This document shows, in pieces, positions 18,156 through 25,451 of a stretch of 64,000 nt of DNA. The notes under the pieces are model-generated. The model was given only the letters and a program-made list of their open reading frames with translations. It was not told the origin of the DNA and did no database searches. The DNA comes from Alphaproteobacteria bacterium (lineage in GTDB: Bacteria; Pseudomonadota; Alphaproteobacteria; Rhizobiales; CAJQND01). The first letter of the stretch is position 1. Every line of letters starts with the position of its first letter. The DNA is taken from assembly GCA_024227565.1 (NCBI GenBank), contig JAAEUE010000165.1:71911-135910 (forward strand). The letters run 5' to 3'. The translations under genes were made by a program, and so were the position numbers.

Positions 18156-19055
18156 ATGGTGGTTACGCGTATTGCACGTCTCGGTGTTGCGGCAGGTCTT
18201 CTCGCCGCACTCTTCAATCTCCCCTCTTCCATTGCGCAGGCGGCTGAGCGCATCGGCAGCGCTGAAAAGATCGTCAATCAGGTCACGGGCCGAATTGGCA
18301 AAGCAAGGGCCGTGCGCCTGGCGGTTGGCAAATCCGTGCACCGCGGCGAGCAAATTCGCTCCCAGCCAGAAAGTTCAGCGGAGTTTGTGTTCAAAGACCA
18401 GACCCGGCTGGCGGTGGGCGCCAATGCCTCTGTGTACCTCGACGAGTTCGTTTACGCCGGCGCGGGCAAATCCAATAAGATTATCCTCAACGCCGTAAAA
18501 GGCGCCTTCCGGTTTGCCAGCGGCAAGGCGGGCAGTAAGTCCTATTCCATCCGAACCCCCACATCGACCGTTGGGGTGCGCGGCACCATGTTTGATGGAT
18601 ATATCGGGCCGGATGGATCGGCCTTCATTGTCTTGCTCAATGGAGAGGTTGAAGTCTGCAATCATGGCGGCGCCTGTGTGCAGCTGACCGATCCGTGCGA
18701 ATGCGCCCTGGTGCAGCCGGACGGCCGCATTCAAGGCGCGCGGCGGCCGAACCAGCAGATCCTGCAAGGAACAAGTCCTGGCGCTGCCGTGCCGTTTTTG
18801 CTGGGCCAGGACAAGCTCAATCCGAAAATGCAGACCCCCACCCGGGTGGCGCGCAATTGCCTGGGCGGGCTTAGCAGTTCCCCAACAACCACCGGCCGCA
18901 CCAATTTCTCCTCAAGCTCGGGACGAGGTGATGGCGAGGGGGCCAACGGGCTGGGCACAGGTGGTGCGAACGGCGGCAGCAACGGTGGCGGCAATGCTGG
19001 AGGCAACGGCGGGGGAGCTGGCACAAATGGGGGTGGAACTGGGGGGCTCAACTAA
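18156..19055 (+). CDS. FecR-domain protein with signal peptide and Gly/Asn-rich C-terminal tail
   Basis: Signal peptide (ARLGVAAGLLAALFNLPSSIAQA). FecR-like core (FKDQTRLAVGANASVYLDEFVY...GAFRFASGK...IRTPTSTVGVRGT). Tail GGANGGSNGGGNAGGNGGGAGTNGGGTGG. Confidence 0.7.
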   Translation: MVVTRIARLGVAAGLLAALFNLPSSIAQAAERIGSAEKIVNQVTGRIGKARAVRLAVGKSVHRGEQIRSQPESSAEFVFKDQTRLAVGANASVYLDEFVYAGAGKSNKIILNAVKGAFRFASGKAGSKSYSIRTPTSTVGVRGTMFDGYIGPDGSAFIVLLNGEVEVCNHGGACVQLTDPCECALVQPDGRIQGARRPNQQILQGTSPGAAVPFLLGQDKLNPKMQTPTRVARNCLGGLSSSPTTTGRTNFSSSSGRGDGEGANGLGTGGANGGSNGGGNAGGNGGGAGTNGGGTGGLN

Positions 19056-19193
19056 CTGTGTTCCCCAGCCACTTGTGAACGCTTTCGTACATCTGAGTTC
19101 ACCAACGGTGACAAACTGGCCCTTGAGTGTTCGGTGCGCTTAGACGAATGTGACCGCAACATTCACCCCTGAGTTGGTTGGGAGCGGTTTGAG

Positions 19194-21620
19194 ATGAAAT
19201 CTCATGCAAAAGTTTGTGTTGTCGGCGGCGGCGCCATGGGTTGCGGCTTGTTGTATTATCTGGCCGAGGAAGGCTGGGGCAACGACATCGTGATGGTGGA
19301 AAAGGGCGAGCTCACGTCCGGCTCAACCTGGCATGCGGCGGGCCAATGCCCAAACTTCACCGGCTCGCTCAACCTGGCGAAAATCCACCATGTGGGCACC
19401 CAGCTCTACCCCAAGCTTGAAGAACTCACCGGACATGCGGTCTCCTGGCACGGCTGCGGCGGAGTGCGCTTGGCCCTGACCGAAAACGAGATCGACTGGT
19501 TCAAGCACGTAGAAGGCATCGGCAAGCAGATCGGGTTTGAGTGCGAGATCGTTGGCCCCAACGAAATCAAACGCCACCACCCCTACTTGGAGATGTTCGG
19601 CGTGAAGGCCGGTTTCATCACCCACAATGATGGCCACGTGGCCCCGGCAGACGTCACCATGGCCATGGCGGCAGGCGCGCGCCAGAAGGGTGCGGAGATC
19701 TATCGGCGCACCCGGTGCACCGACATCCGGCATTTGGCGTCCGGCGAATGGGAAGTGATCACCGAGAAGGGCAACATCATCTGCGAGCATGTGGTCAACG
19801 CCGCCGGCTCCTATGCGGACATCGTGGGCTCGTGGACCGGGCACAATGTGCCGATTGCAAACGTGCTGCACCACTATTTCATCACCGAGCCGATCCAGGC
19901 CTTGGTTGACATGGAAAAAGAACTGCCGGTGGTGCGCGATCCCTATTCGAACTGTTACTTGCGCGAGGAGACAGACGGCATCCTCATCGGGCCCTATGAA
20001 ACATCCGGCGCAACGACCTGTTTTGACGACGGCCTATCCTGGGACTTCGAGAATGAACTTGTCACGCCGCAAACCGAGCGCCTGTTCCCGTGGCTGGAAC
20101 AGGCCACCGAGCGCTTCCCCATGTTTGCCGAGGCTGGCCTCAAATCGGTTGTTTCCGGCGCGATCACCCACACGCCCGATTCAAACTTCCTGTTGGGGCC
20201 GGCTGCTGGCCCGCACGGCTATTGGATGTCCAACGGTTCTTCGATCGGCATCTGCCAAGGCGCCGGCGCGGGCAAATATCTCGCCCAATGGATGGTGCAC
20301 GGCCAGGCTGAAATCAACATGGCTGAGTTTGACCCGCGCCGCTTTGGCGACTGGGCGACTTCGGAATATGCCAAGGTCACGTCGATCAACGACTACCAGA
20401 ACATGTACACCTGCATGGCCCCTGGTGAACAACATGAGGCCGGCCGGCCGGTGCGCGTCTCCTTGCTTTACGATCAGTTGAAAGAGCGCGGCGGCCAGTT
20501 CCAGATTGTTCATGGTTGGGAGCGGGTCCGTTGGTTCGACCCGACCGGCAAGGGCGAGAAGTACTCTTTCCGCCGGTCCAACTGGTGGGATCCGGTGGCC
20601 GAAGAATGCAAGGCCGTGCGCGAGCGTGTGGGTTTGATGGATCTGTCCACTTTCGCCAAATACGACGTCAGCGGAAGCGACGCAGAAGCCTTGCTCGACC
20701 GCTTGATCGCCAACAAGGTGCCGCGCAAGACCGGCAGCGTGACATTGGCCCACATCCTCACCGATGCAGGCTTCATGGAAAGCGAAGTGACCATCACACG
20801 GATGGGGGACGACAGCTTCTATGTGTTGTCAGCCGCTACGGCCGAGGAACTGGATTACTGGCAACTGAAGAACGAGGTGCGTGACGGCGAAGACGTGACC
20901 ATCACCAATGTCACCATGGACCGCGGCACGCTGGTGTTGTCTGGCCCGCGGGCCCGGGATGTGCTGGCCAAGCTGACGGACACTGATTTGGGCAATGCCA
21001 ATTTCCGCTGGCTGAGCGGGCAAACCATCTCCGCCGGCGGGGTTGACGACATCAGGGCCCTGCGGGTGTCCTACGTGGGTGAACTTGGCTGGGAACTGCA
21101 TTGCCCCATGGACGGGTTGCCGCAACTGTTCGATGCCTTGATGGAGGCCGGTGAGGAATTCGGCATCGGTTTGTTCGGCGCCTATGCCCTGAACTCCTTG
21201 CGCATGGAAAAAGCCTATCGCGGATGGGGCTCAGAGCTCACCACGGAAATCGACATGTTCGAGGCAGACATGGCGCGCTTCTGCCGGCTCGACAAGGGCA
21301 CCGCGTTCCGCGGCGAGGCAGGATCACAGGTGTTCAAGCAACGCGGGCCGCGCATTCAGCTGGTCTATTGCGAGGTGGACGCCGATGATGTGGATGCCGG
21401 TGGCAATGACCCGATCTTTGACGGAGACAAGCTGATTGGGCTGACCACGTCCGGTGGATATGGTCATGCGGTGGGCAAGAGCCTCGCGTTCGCCTATGTG
21501 GAACCGGGATACGTCAAACCTGGCTCAAGCTTTGAAATCGAGATTATGGGGGCCCGGCGGAAGGCAAGCGTCATAGCCCAACCTGCCTATGATCCAGGCA
21601 ACGAACGGCTGCGTGCATAG
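19194..21620 (+). CDS. dimethylglycine/sarcosine dehydrogenase-like flavoprotein (DAO domain + GcvT folate-binding domain)
   Basis: 808 aa. N-terminal KVCVVGGGAMGCGLLYYLA FAD fold and a C-terminal GcvT-type domain (ALNSLRMEKAYRGWGSEL, GGYGHAVGKSLAFAYV). Confidence 0.9.
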   Translation: MKSHAKVCVVGGGAMGCGLLYYLAEEGWGNDIVMVEKGELTSGSTWHAAGQCPNFTGSLNLAKIHHVGTQLYPKLEELTGHAVSWHGCGGVRLALTENEIDWFKHVEGIGKQIGFECEIVGPNEIKRHHPYLEMFGVKAGFITHNDGHVAPADVTMAMAAGARQKGAEIYRRTRCTDIRHLASGEWEVITEKGNIICEHVVNAAGSYADIVGSWTGHNVPIANVLHHYFITEPIQALVDMEKELPVVRDPYSNCYLREETDGILIGPYETSGATTCFDDGLSWDFENELVTPQTERLFPWLEQATERFPMFAEAGLKSVVSGAITHTPDSNFLLGPAAGPHGYWMSNGSSIGICQGAGAGKYLAQWMVHGQAEINMAEFDPRRFGDWATSEYAKVTSINDYQNMYTCMAPGEQHEAGRPVRVSLLYDQLKERGGQFQIVHGWERVRWFDPTGKGEKYSFRRSNWWDPVAEECKAVRERVGLMDLSTFAKYDVSGSDAEALLDRLIANKVPRKTGSVTLAHILTDAGFMESEVTITRMGDDSFYVLSAATAEELDYWQLKNEVRDGEDVTITNVTMDRGTLVLSGPRARDVLAKLTDTDLGNANFRWLSGQTISAGGVDDIRALRVSYVGELGWELHCPMDGLPQLFDALMEAGEEFGIGLFGAYALNSLRMEKAYRGWGSELTTEIDMFEADMARFCRLDKGTAFRGEAGSQVFKQRGPRIQLVYCEVDADDVDAGGNDPIFDGDKLIGLTTSGGYGHAVGKSLAFAYVEPGYVKPGSSFEIEIMGARRKASVIAQPAYDPGNERLRA

Positions 21621-21631
21621 GGCAACAAGAC

Positions 21632-21653
21632 GGCAACAGCCAACCCTGTTGCC
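21632..21653 (+). terminator. GC-rich hairpin GGCAACAG-ccaacc-CTGTTGCC 12 nt after the dmgdh-like stop (no U-tract)
   Basis: Read directly from the sequence. An 8-bp perfect stem. The lack of a T-run makes the terminator function uncertain. Confidence 0.3.
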
Positions 21654-21658
21654 CCCTC

Positions 21659-21678
21659 ACCTCAATCGATGTAAGTTT
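21659..21678 (+). repeat. direct repeat, left copy (ACCTCAATCGATGTAAGTTT)
   Basis: 18 of 20 positions are identical to 24329-24348 in the same orientation. The two copies flank the AT-richer five-gene block. Confidence 0.5.
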
Positions 21679-21722
21679 TCTGTACTAGAACGTGCAGTTA
21701 TCCACATCGATGGGATGTGATC

Positions 21723-22169
21723 ATGACCACATTGGGCGAACGCGTCCGCGTGCGACGCAAGGAAAAGGGTTGGACTCAAGGCCGGTTGGCACAGGAGGTC
21801 AGCCTGTTGGGTTACAATATCCCGCAGCAGAGCATCGCTACAATCGAGTCACGAGGCGCGGTGCGCCCGCAATGCCTGTGGGAGCTTTGCCGAGCCCTGG
21901 AAGTTGAAGAGCGCTGGCTCGTTCATGGTGAGGGTCCCAGACGGCGCAAGGCCGGCCCCGTCACTTACGAGCGCGATCTGCTGTTTGAGGTTGTGCACGG
22001 GGTCGAGGAAGCCTTGCTTCGTCAGGGCGCATCCCACAACACCTCGCCTTCGGTGCGGGCCGAGCTGATGGCCACCTTGTACGAATATTTCGCCCAGGGC
22101 GACGAAGCGAACGAGGACTTAAGCCGCGCGCAAGTCATAGATCTGCACACAAAATTGAAGAGGGTTTGA
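21723..22169 (+). CDS. XRE-family helix-turn-helix transcriptional regulator
   Basis: N-terminal HTH TLGERVRVRRKEKGWTQGRLAQEVSLLGYNIPQQSIATIESRG. I prefer the ATG at 21723; the track starts at the GTG at 21717. Confidence 0.8.
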   Translation: MTTLGERVRVRRKEKGWTQGRLAQEVSLLGYNIPQQSIATIESRGAVRPQCLWELCRALEVEERWLVHGEGPRRRKAGPVTYERDLLFEVVHGVEEALLRQGASHNTSPSVRAELMATLYEYFAQGDEANEDLSRAQVIDLHTKLKRV

Positions 22170-22217
22170 CGCACATACTCAGACTGATAAGATTAAATAA
22201 GACCGAGGGAGACACTT

Positions 22218-22514
22218 ATGACGCCGAGTGAACTGCAACTCAAGATCGATAAAATCATCGACCGAAGTTTTGAGCCAACTCGCGAACAAAAAATAACTTC
22301 TATTTTGACAATTGTCAGCAGCCTGGATTTCGATTCTGTACTGGCCCATGCACTGAAAGTGACATTTCACTGCGACGATATTAGAGGCCTTCAGGACGAA
22401 CAATTAGAACAGCTCTTCCAAATTGCACGAACCTGGCGTTATCAGGCTGACAACACTGGCCCCCAAGAGCAGCAAAGACCAGTGGTGGTGAATTTCCGCA
22501 GCAGCGACGCTTAG
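22218..22514 (+). CDS. hypothetical acidic 98-aa protein
   Basis: GAGGGAG Shine-Dalgarno 8 nt upstream of the ATG. The region is AT-rich relative to the window. No motif recognised. Confidence 0.5.
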   Translation: MTPSELQLKIDKIIDRSFEPTREQKITSILTIVSSLDFDSVLAHALKVTFHCDDIRGLQDEQLEQLFQIARTWRYQADNTGPQEQQRPVVVNFRSSDA

Positions 22515-22519
22515 GTCTG

Positions 22520-23023
22520 ATGGAAAGCCCGCAAATCTCACGCCTGCCCCTCTCTGGGATCGACTGTCCGGTGCAAGAAGCCGGCCTGAGCTGGTGGAAC
22601 GACCGGAGCGGCGTTGCAGAGCTCAACCATGACCCATATCTGGCCATTAGCCCTCATTTGCAGCTGGTTATCGATGAGGTCCGAGACGGTGCGCCCCGGT
22701 TTATTTATGTGGGAGAGCAAAGCTTTGCTGCAAAGCTGCTGGGTGAACGCTGCACTTCGGCATTTCATGCCGGTGAATGGTGGGACGATGGCGGTTATGC
22801 AGAAGCTGTCTCCGGCAGTTATGACGAAGTATCGAAATCCGGAGAACCCGTTTTGGAGGAGATCAAGGCGAGGGTACGTCTGCCTGAACGCCTCTATCCA
22901 ATTTCGGAAGCCACCATCCACTATGAAAGACTATGCCTGCGGACGTGCTTGGCGAACGGCATGAAAACCATCACGGTGATCACCAAGGCCGTGGGCAAAA
23001 CTATCTTGAAGAAATCGTTTTAG
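22520..23023 (+). CDS. hypothetical protein, PAS_5/DUF1457-like by pattern (paralog 1)
   Basis: LSWWNDRSG...PRFIYVGEQSFAAKLLGE...HAGEWWDDGGYAEAV...SGEPVLEE...IHYERLCL follows the layout I recall for small alphaproteobacterial PAS_5 proteins. About half the residues are shared with the next ORF. Confidence 0.55.
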   Translation: MESPQISRLPLSGIDCPVQEAGLSWWNDRSGVAELNHDPYLAISPHLQLVIDEVRDGAPRFIYVGEQSFAAKLLGERCTSAFHAGEWWDDGGYAEAVSGSYDEVSKSGEPVLEEIKARVRLPERLYPISEATIHYERLCLRTCLANGMKTITVITKAVGKTILKKSF

Positions 23024-23026
23024 AAC

Positions 23027-23527
23027 ATGAGAGCCAGAGCTTACATCGCCCGCAAAAACCTCTGCCAGATGAGCTGTCCGATTCAAAGCGCGGCTCTTTC
23101 CTGGTGGAAAGCACGATCCGGAGTGGCGGAGCTGGACCAGCCGGAATACCTGGATCTGGTGCCTCACTTCCAGATTGCGATTGATGACAACCTCGCTGGC
23201 CCGCCAAACTTCTTTTATGTGGGAGAACAGTCTCTGACCGCCAAACTTCTGGGACACAACTTCACGCCCGCCATGCACGCCGGGGAGTGGTGGGATGATG
23301 GCGGTTATGCGATGGCGATCTCGGATGTGTTTCCCGATGTTTCCACAACGGGCGAACCCACGCTTGAAGAAATCAAGGCACCGATCCTACCACCGTCACA
23401 CTGGCCCTCGCGCGCTCCAATCGTGTTGCATTACGACCGGCTGAGCTTGCCATCAATGCTGGATGACGGCCAGAAGACGTTCACCATCGTCACAACCCGG
23501 AAAAGTATGCTTCAGGTGGTGAACTGA
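23027..23527 (+). CDS. hypothetical protein, PAS_5/DUF1457-like by pattern (paralog 2)
   Basis: LSWWKARSGVAELD...PNFFYVGEQSLTAKLLGH...HAGEWWDDGGYAMAI...TGEPTLEEIKAP. Collinear with 22520-23023 and separated from it by 3 nt. Confidence 0.55.
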   Translation: MRARAYIARKNLCQMSCPIQSAALSWWKARSGVAELDQPEYLDLVPHFQIAIDDNLAGPPNFFYVGEQSLTAKLLGHNFTPAMHAGEWWDDGGYAMAISDVFPDVSTTGEPTLEEIKAPILPPSHWPSRAPIVLHYDRLSLPSMLDDGQKTFTIVTTRKSMLQVVN

Positions 23528-24206
23528 CCAGTTCGACAAGATCCTGCCAATCACTCCACACCATGTGATCTGACGGATCCCAGGGCGGATGGGGTGTCCC
23601 CCAATTGACCGCCTCCTCGCTCTTGTGTTTGTAGCCTCCTCGGGCGGGAAAACCGGCCGTGGAGATTTTTTCCGTGGTCAGAGCGTAAAGATAATCGGGC
23701 TTCCAGCGCATAAACGCTATGCCCAATGCAAACCGGAGCAAGGCGGAGTTCAGCCGCTTGCGGGCCTCGCCGCGATCGATCCAAAACTCGCCGTGAAATA
23801 CCACCCGCCCATTTATGTTCTCCGCAACAGGATGTTGTTCCTGAGCCATTGGGCAATCGTAAATCCGCCGGAAGTGAACACGCCACCAATCACCCAAGGT
23901 GATCCACTCTAGGTCATCGCAGCGCATGGCCTGGACATGCACCAAATCACCAGCATCGTTGTGTCCCGATATCCATAACCCCCGATGCGCGGGGGTATCG
24001 ACCAGCGCAGGATCAAAGAACGAATTCAGGGCCGTCTTGCCCGTCGTTTCCCGGCAGGCTGCGCTGAGACAATCAAAGTCGTCAGAACACTGAATGTGGA
24101 TGCCTTTGGCTTCAAAAAAACGATGATGCGCAGAAATAAACCGCGCGGCATCCACTTCAAGAGAGGGTGTGTTCTGGCGGACACTTGTGGTCCGCGAATG
24201 TTTCAA
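23490..24206 (-). CDS. hypothetical 238-aa protein (possible GNAT/acyltransferase-like fold, weak)
   Basis: Long ORF convergent with, and overlapping by 38 nt, the 3' end of paralog 2. The segment VFHGEFWIDRGEARKRLNSALLRFALGIAFMRWKPDYLYALTTEKISTAGFPARGGY resembles the beta4-alpha3...beta5 region of GNAT-like folds. This is a pattern match only. Confidence 0.5.
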   Translation of the reverse strand: MKHSRTTSVRQNTPSLEVDAARFISAHHRFFEAKGIHIQCSDDFDCLSAACRETTGKTALNSFFDPALVDTPAHRGLWISGHNDAGDLVHVQAMRCDDLEWITLGDWWRVHFRRIYDCPMAQEQHPVAENINGRVVFHGEFWIDRGEARKRLNSALLRFALGIAFMRWKPDYLYALTTEKISTAGFPARGGYKHKSEEAVNWGTPHPPWDPSDHMVWSDWQDLVELVSSPPEAYFSGL

Positions 24207-24303
24207 CCTAACCCCCTTTCCCCCCGGGGCACCTGTGAGCCTTATGTGAGATCACTTGATTTGCCAAGTCGGGAACGGCTCCCAGATGCAACCAAAAATC
24301 GAG

Positions 24304-24332
24304 TTGACAGTGTTGTTTGTGGGTTTTAACCT
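24304..24332 (+). promoter_or_regulatory. sigma70-like promoter candidate TTGACA-17 nt-TAACCT
   Basis: gagTTGACAgtgttgtttgtgggtttTAACCTcaaacg. The -10 element overlaps the right direct-repeat copy. Confidence 0.35.
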
Positions 24333-24348
24333 CAAACGATGTAAATTT
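24329..24348 (+). repeat. direct repeat, right copy (ACCTCAAACGATGTAAATTT)
   Basis: 18/20 identical to 21659-21678. Confidence 0.5.
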
Positions 24349-24755
24349 AGATGGCTACGGGGGTGCTATCAGTGTCGGGTGCCGTGATTTCTCGGTCAAA
24401 TGGGGCAACGGAGAACAAGCAATACAGGATGCATCCTTATTCCTGGACCCTAGAAAGCAGCTGGTCAAAACAGCTTGGCTTTAAGCGGCTGAAAATGTTC
24501 GCGAAATTCCGTGACGGCGTGCTGAACAAATGTTCGCCCCCCCTGCCCACTCTCTCAACTGTCATAAGAATGGCCGGCGGCCTCCTTGCCGAGGCATTCC
24601 AACCGGCCAGGCGGGCGAGAGTCGGTCCCCCCCGAGCTCTCGCCCGTTCCGGGCCTGCGGCCAACAAACATAAAATAACCGTTCTGAACTCTAGAATAGC
24701 CGGTCATCAAGCATTCTCGCAAGTGCAACCGTTCGCCCGGAGATGACCGGATAGG

Positions 24756-24812
24756 CCGGAGGGACAACGACCAATCATAGCAATAAGGTCGTTTGTCTCT
24801 CCGGTTTCTTTT
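24756..24812 (+). terminator. intrinsic terminator oriented for the + strand
   Basis: CCGGAGGGACAACGACC-aatcatagcaataa-GGTCGTTTGTCTCTCCGG forms about 17 bp with one bulge and one G-U pair, followed by TTTCTTTT. The minus-strand reading has no U-tract, so it is not primarily the ndk terminator. Confidence 0.6.
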
Positions 24813-24835
24813 AATCCAGGGCGAAAGGCTAGATT

Positions 24836-25258
24836 TTAGCCAACCAGTTCGTTAGCAGAGAAGAAGAACTCAATTTCCGTTGCTGCCGTTTCCGGCGCGT
24901 CAGAACCATGCACGGAGTTGGCTTCGATATTTTCTGCGAAATCCTTGCGGATGGTGCCGTCGGCGGCTTCGGCCGGGTTGGTGGCGCCCATCACTTCGCG
25001 GTTCTTGTTGATCGCATCTTCACCTTCAAGCACTTGAACCACGACGGGCCCAGAGGTCATGAATGCGACCAAATCGTTATAGAACGGGCGCTCTGCGTGA
25101 ACGGCGTAGAAGCCTTCTGCCTGTTCTTTGCTCATGTGGATGCGCTTGGACGCGACGACGCGCAGGCCTGCGCTTTCGAGGCGGTCGATGATTTTGCCGG
25201 TGATGTTGCGGCGGGTTGCGTCGGGCTTGATGATAGAGAATGTGCGTTGCACAGCCAT
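24836..25258 (-). CDS. ndk: nucleoside-diphosphate kinase
   Basis: [14 protein letters not shown]...GTIRKDFA...NSVHGSD (active-site His). 140 aa. Confidence 0.95.
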   Translation of the reverse strand: MAVQRTFSIIKPDATRRNITGKIIDRLESAGLRVVASKRIHMSKEQAEGFYAVHAERPFYNDLVAFMTSGPVVVQVLEGEDAINKNREVMGATNPAEAADGTIRKDFAENIEANSVHGSDAPETAATEIEFFFSANELVG

Positions 25259-25451
25259 TTTAGGTACCTGTCTTTTTTTGGAGATGAAGCTTGGGATTTC
25301 GCCGCGTTATAGCGGGCCTGCCTCGTGCCATCAAGCCGGAAGACCGCCACCTTTAGAGGCAATTCGTCCTATGAGGCCCTGCCAGAATGTGCTTAGTCTT
25401 AGATCTCGGGACCGAGAATGAGTAAGGCTGACAGGGGCGCCGCTGCTCGCC

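Noticed and set aside
18890..19052. Possible tandem DNA repeat or CRISPR-like periodicity in GGC/AAC-rich sequence
   Set aside because: It is the in-frame Gly/Asn-rich tail of the FecR-domain protein. The repeats are irregular triplets with no spacer-repeat structure.
24351..24746. 131-aa plus-strand ORF as a real protein gene
   Set aside because: It uses rare codons (CTA, AGA, ATA, AGG), has a low-complexity Arg/Pro/Ala-rich sequence, and carries no motif. The DNA is better explained by stacked hairpins. I keep it only as an alternative in the ncRNA finding.
24300..24835. Two-piece tmRNA, RNase P RNA, SRP RNA or glycine riboswitch in the spacer before ndk
   Set aside because: I looked for a T-loop GGTTCGA(A/T)TCC, an ANDN-type tag reading frame, GGAAAGTCCGGGC (RNase P), and GGTCCGGAAGGAAGCAGCC (SRP). 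I also looked for the GGAGAG...ACCGAAGGGGCAA glycine-aptamer blocks. None is present beyond a short GGGGCAAC match at about 24401.
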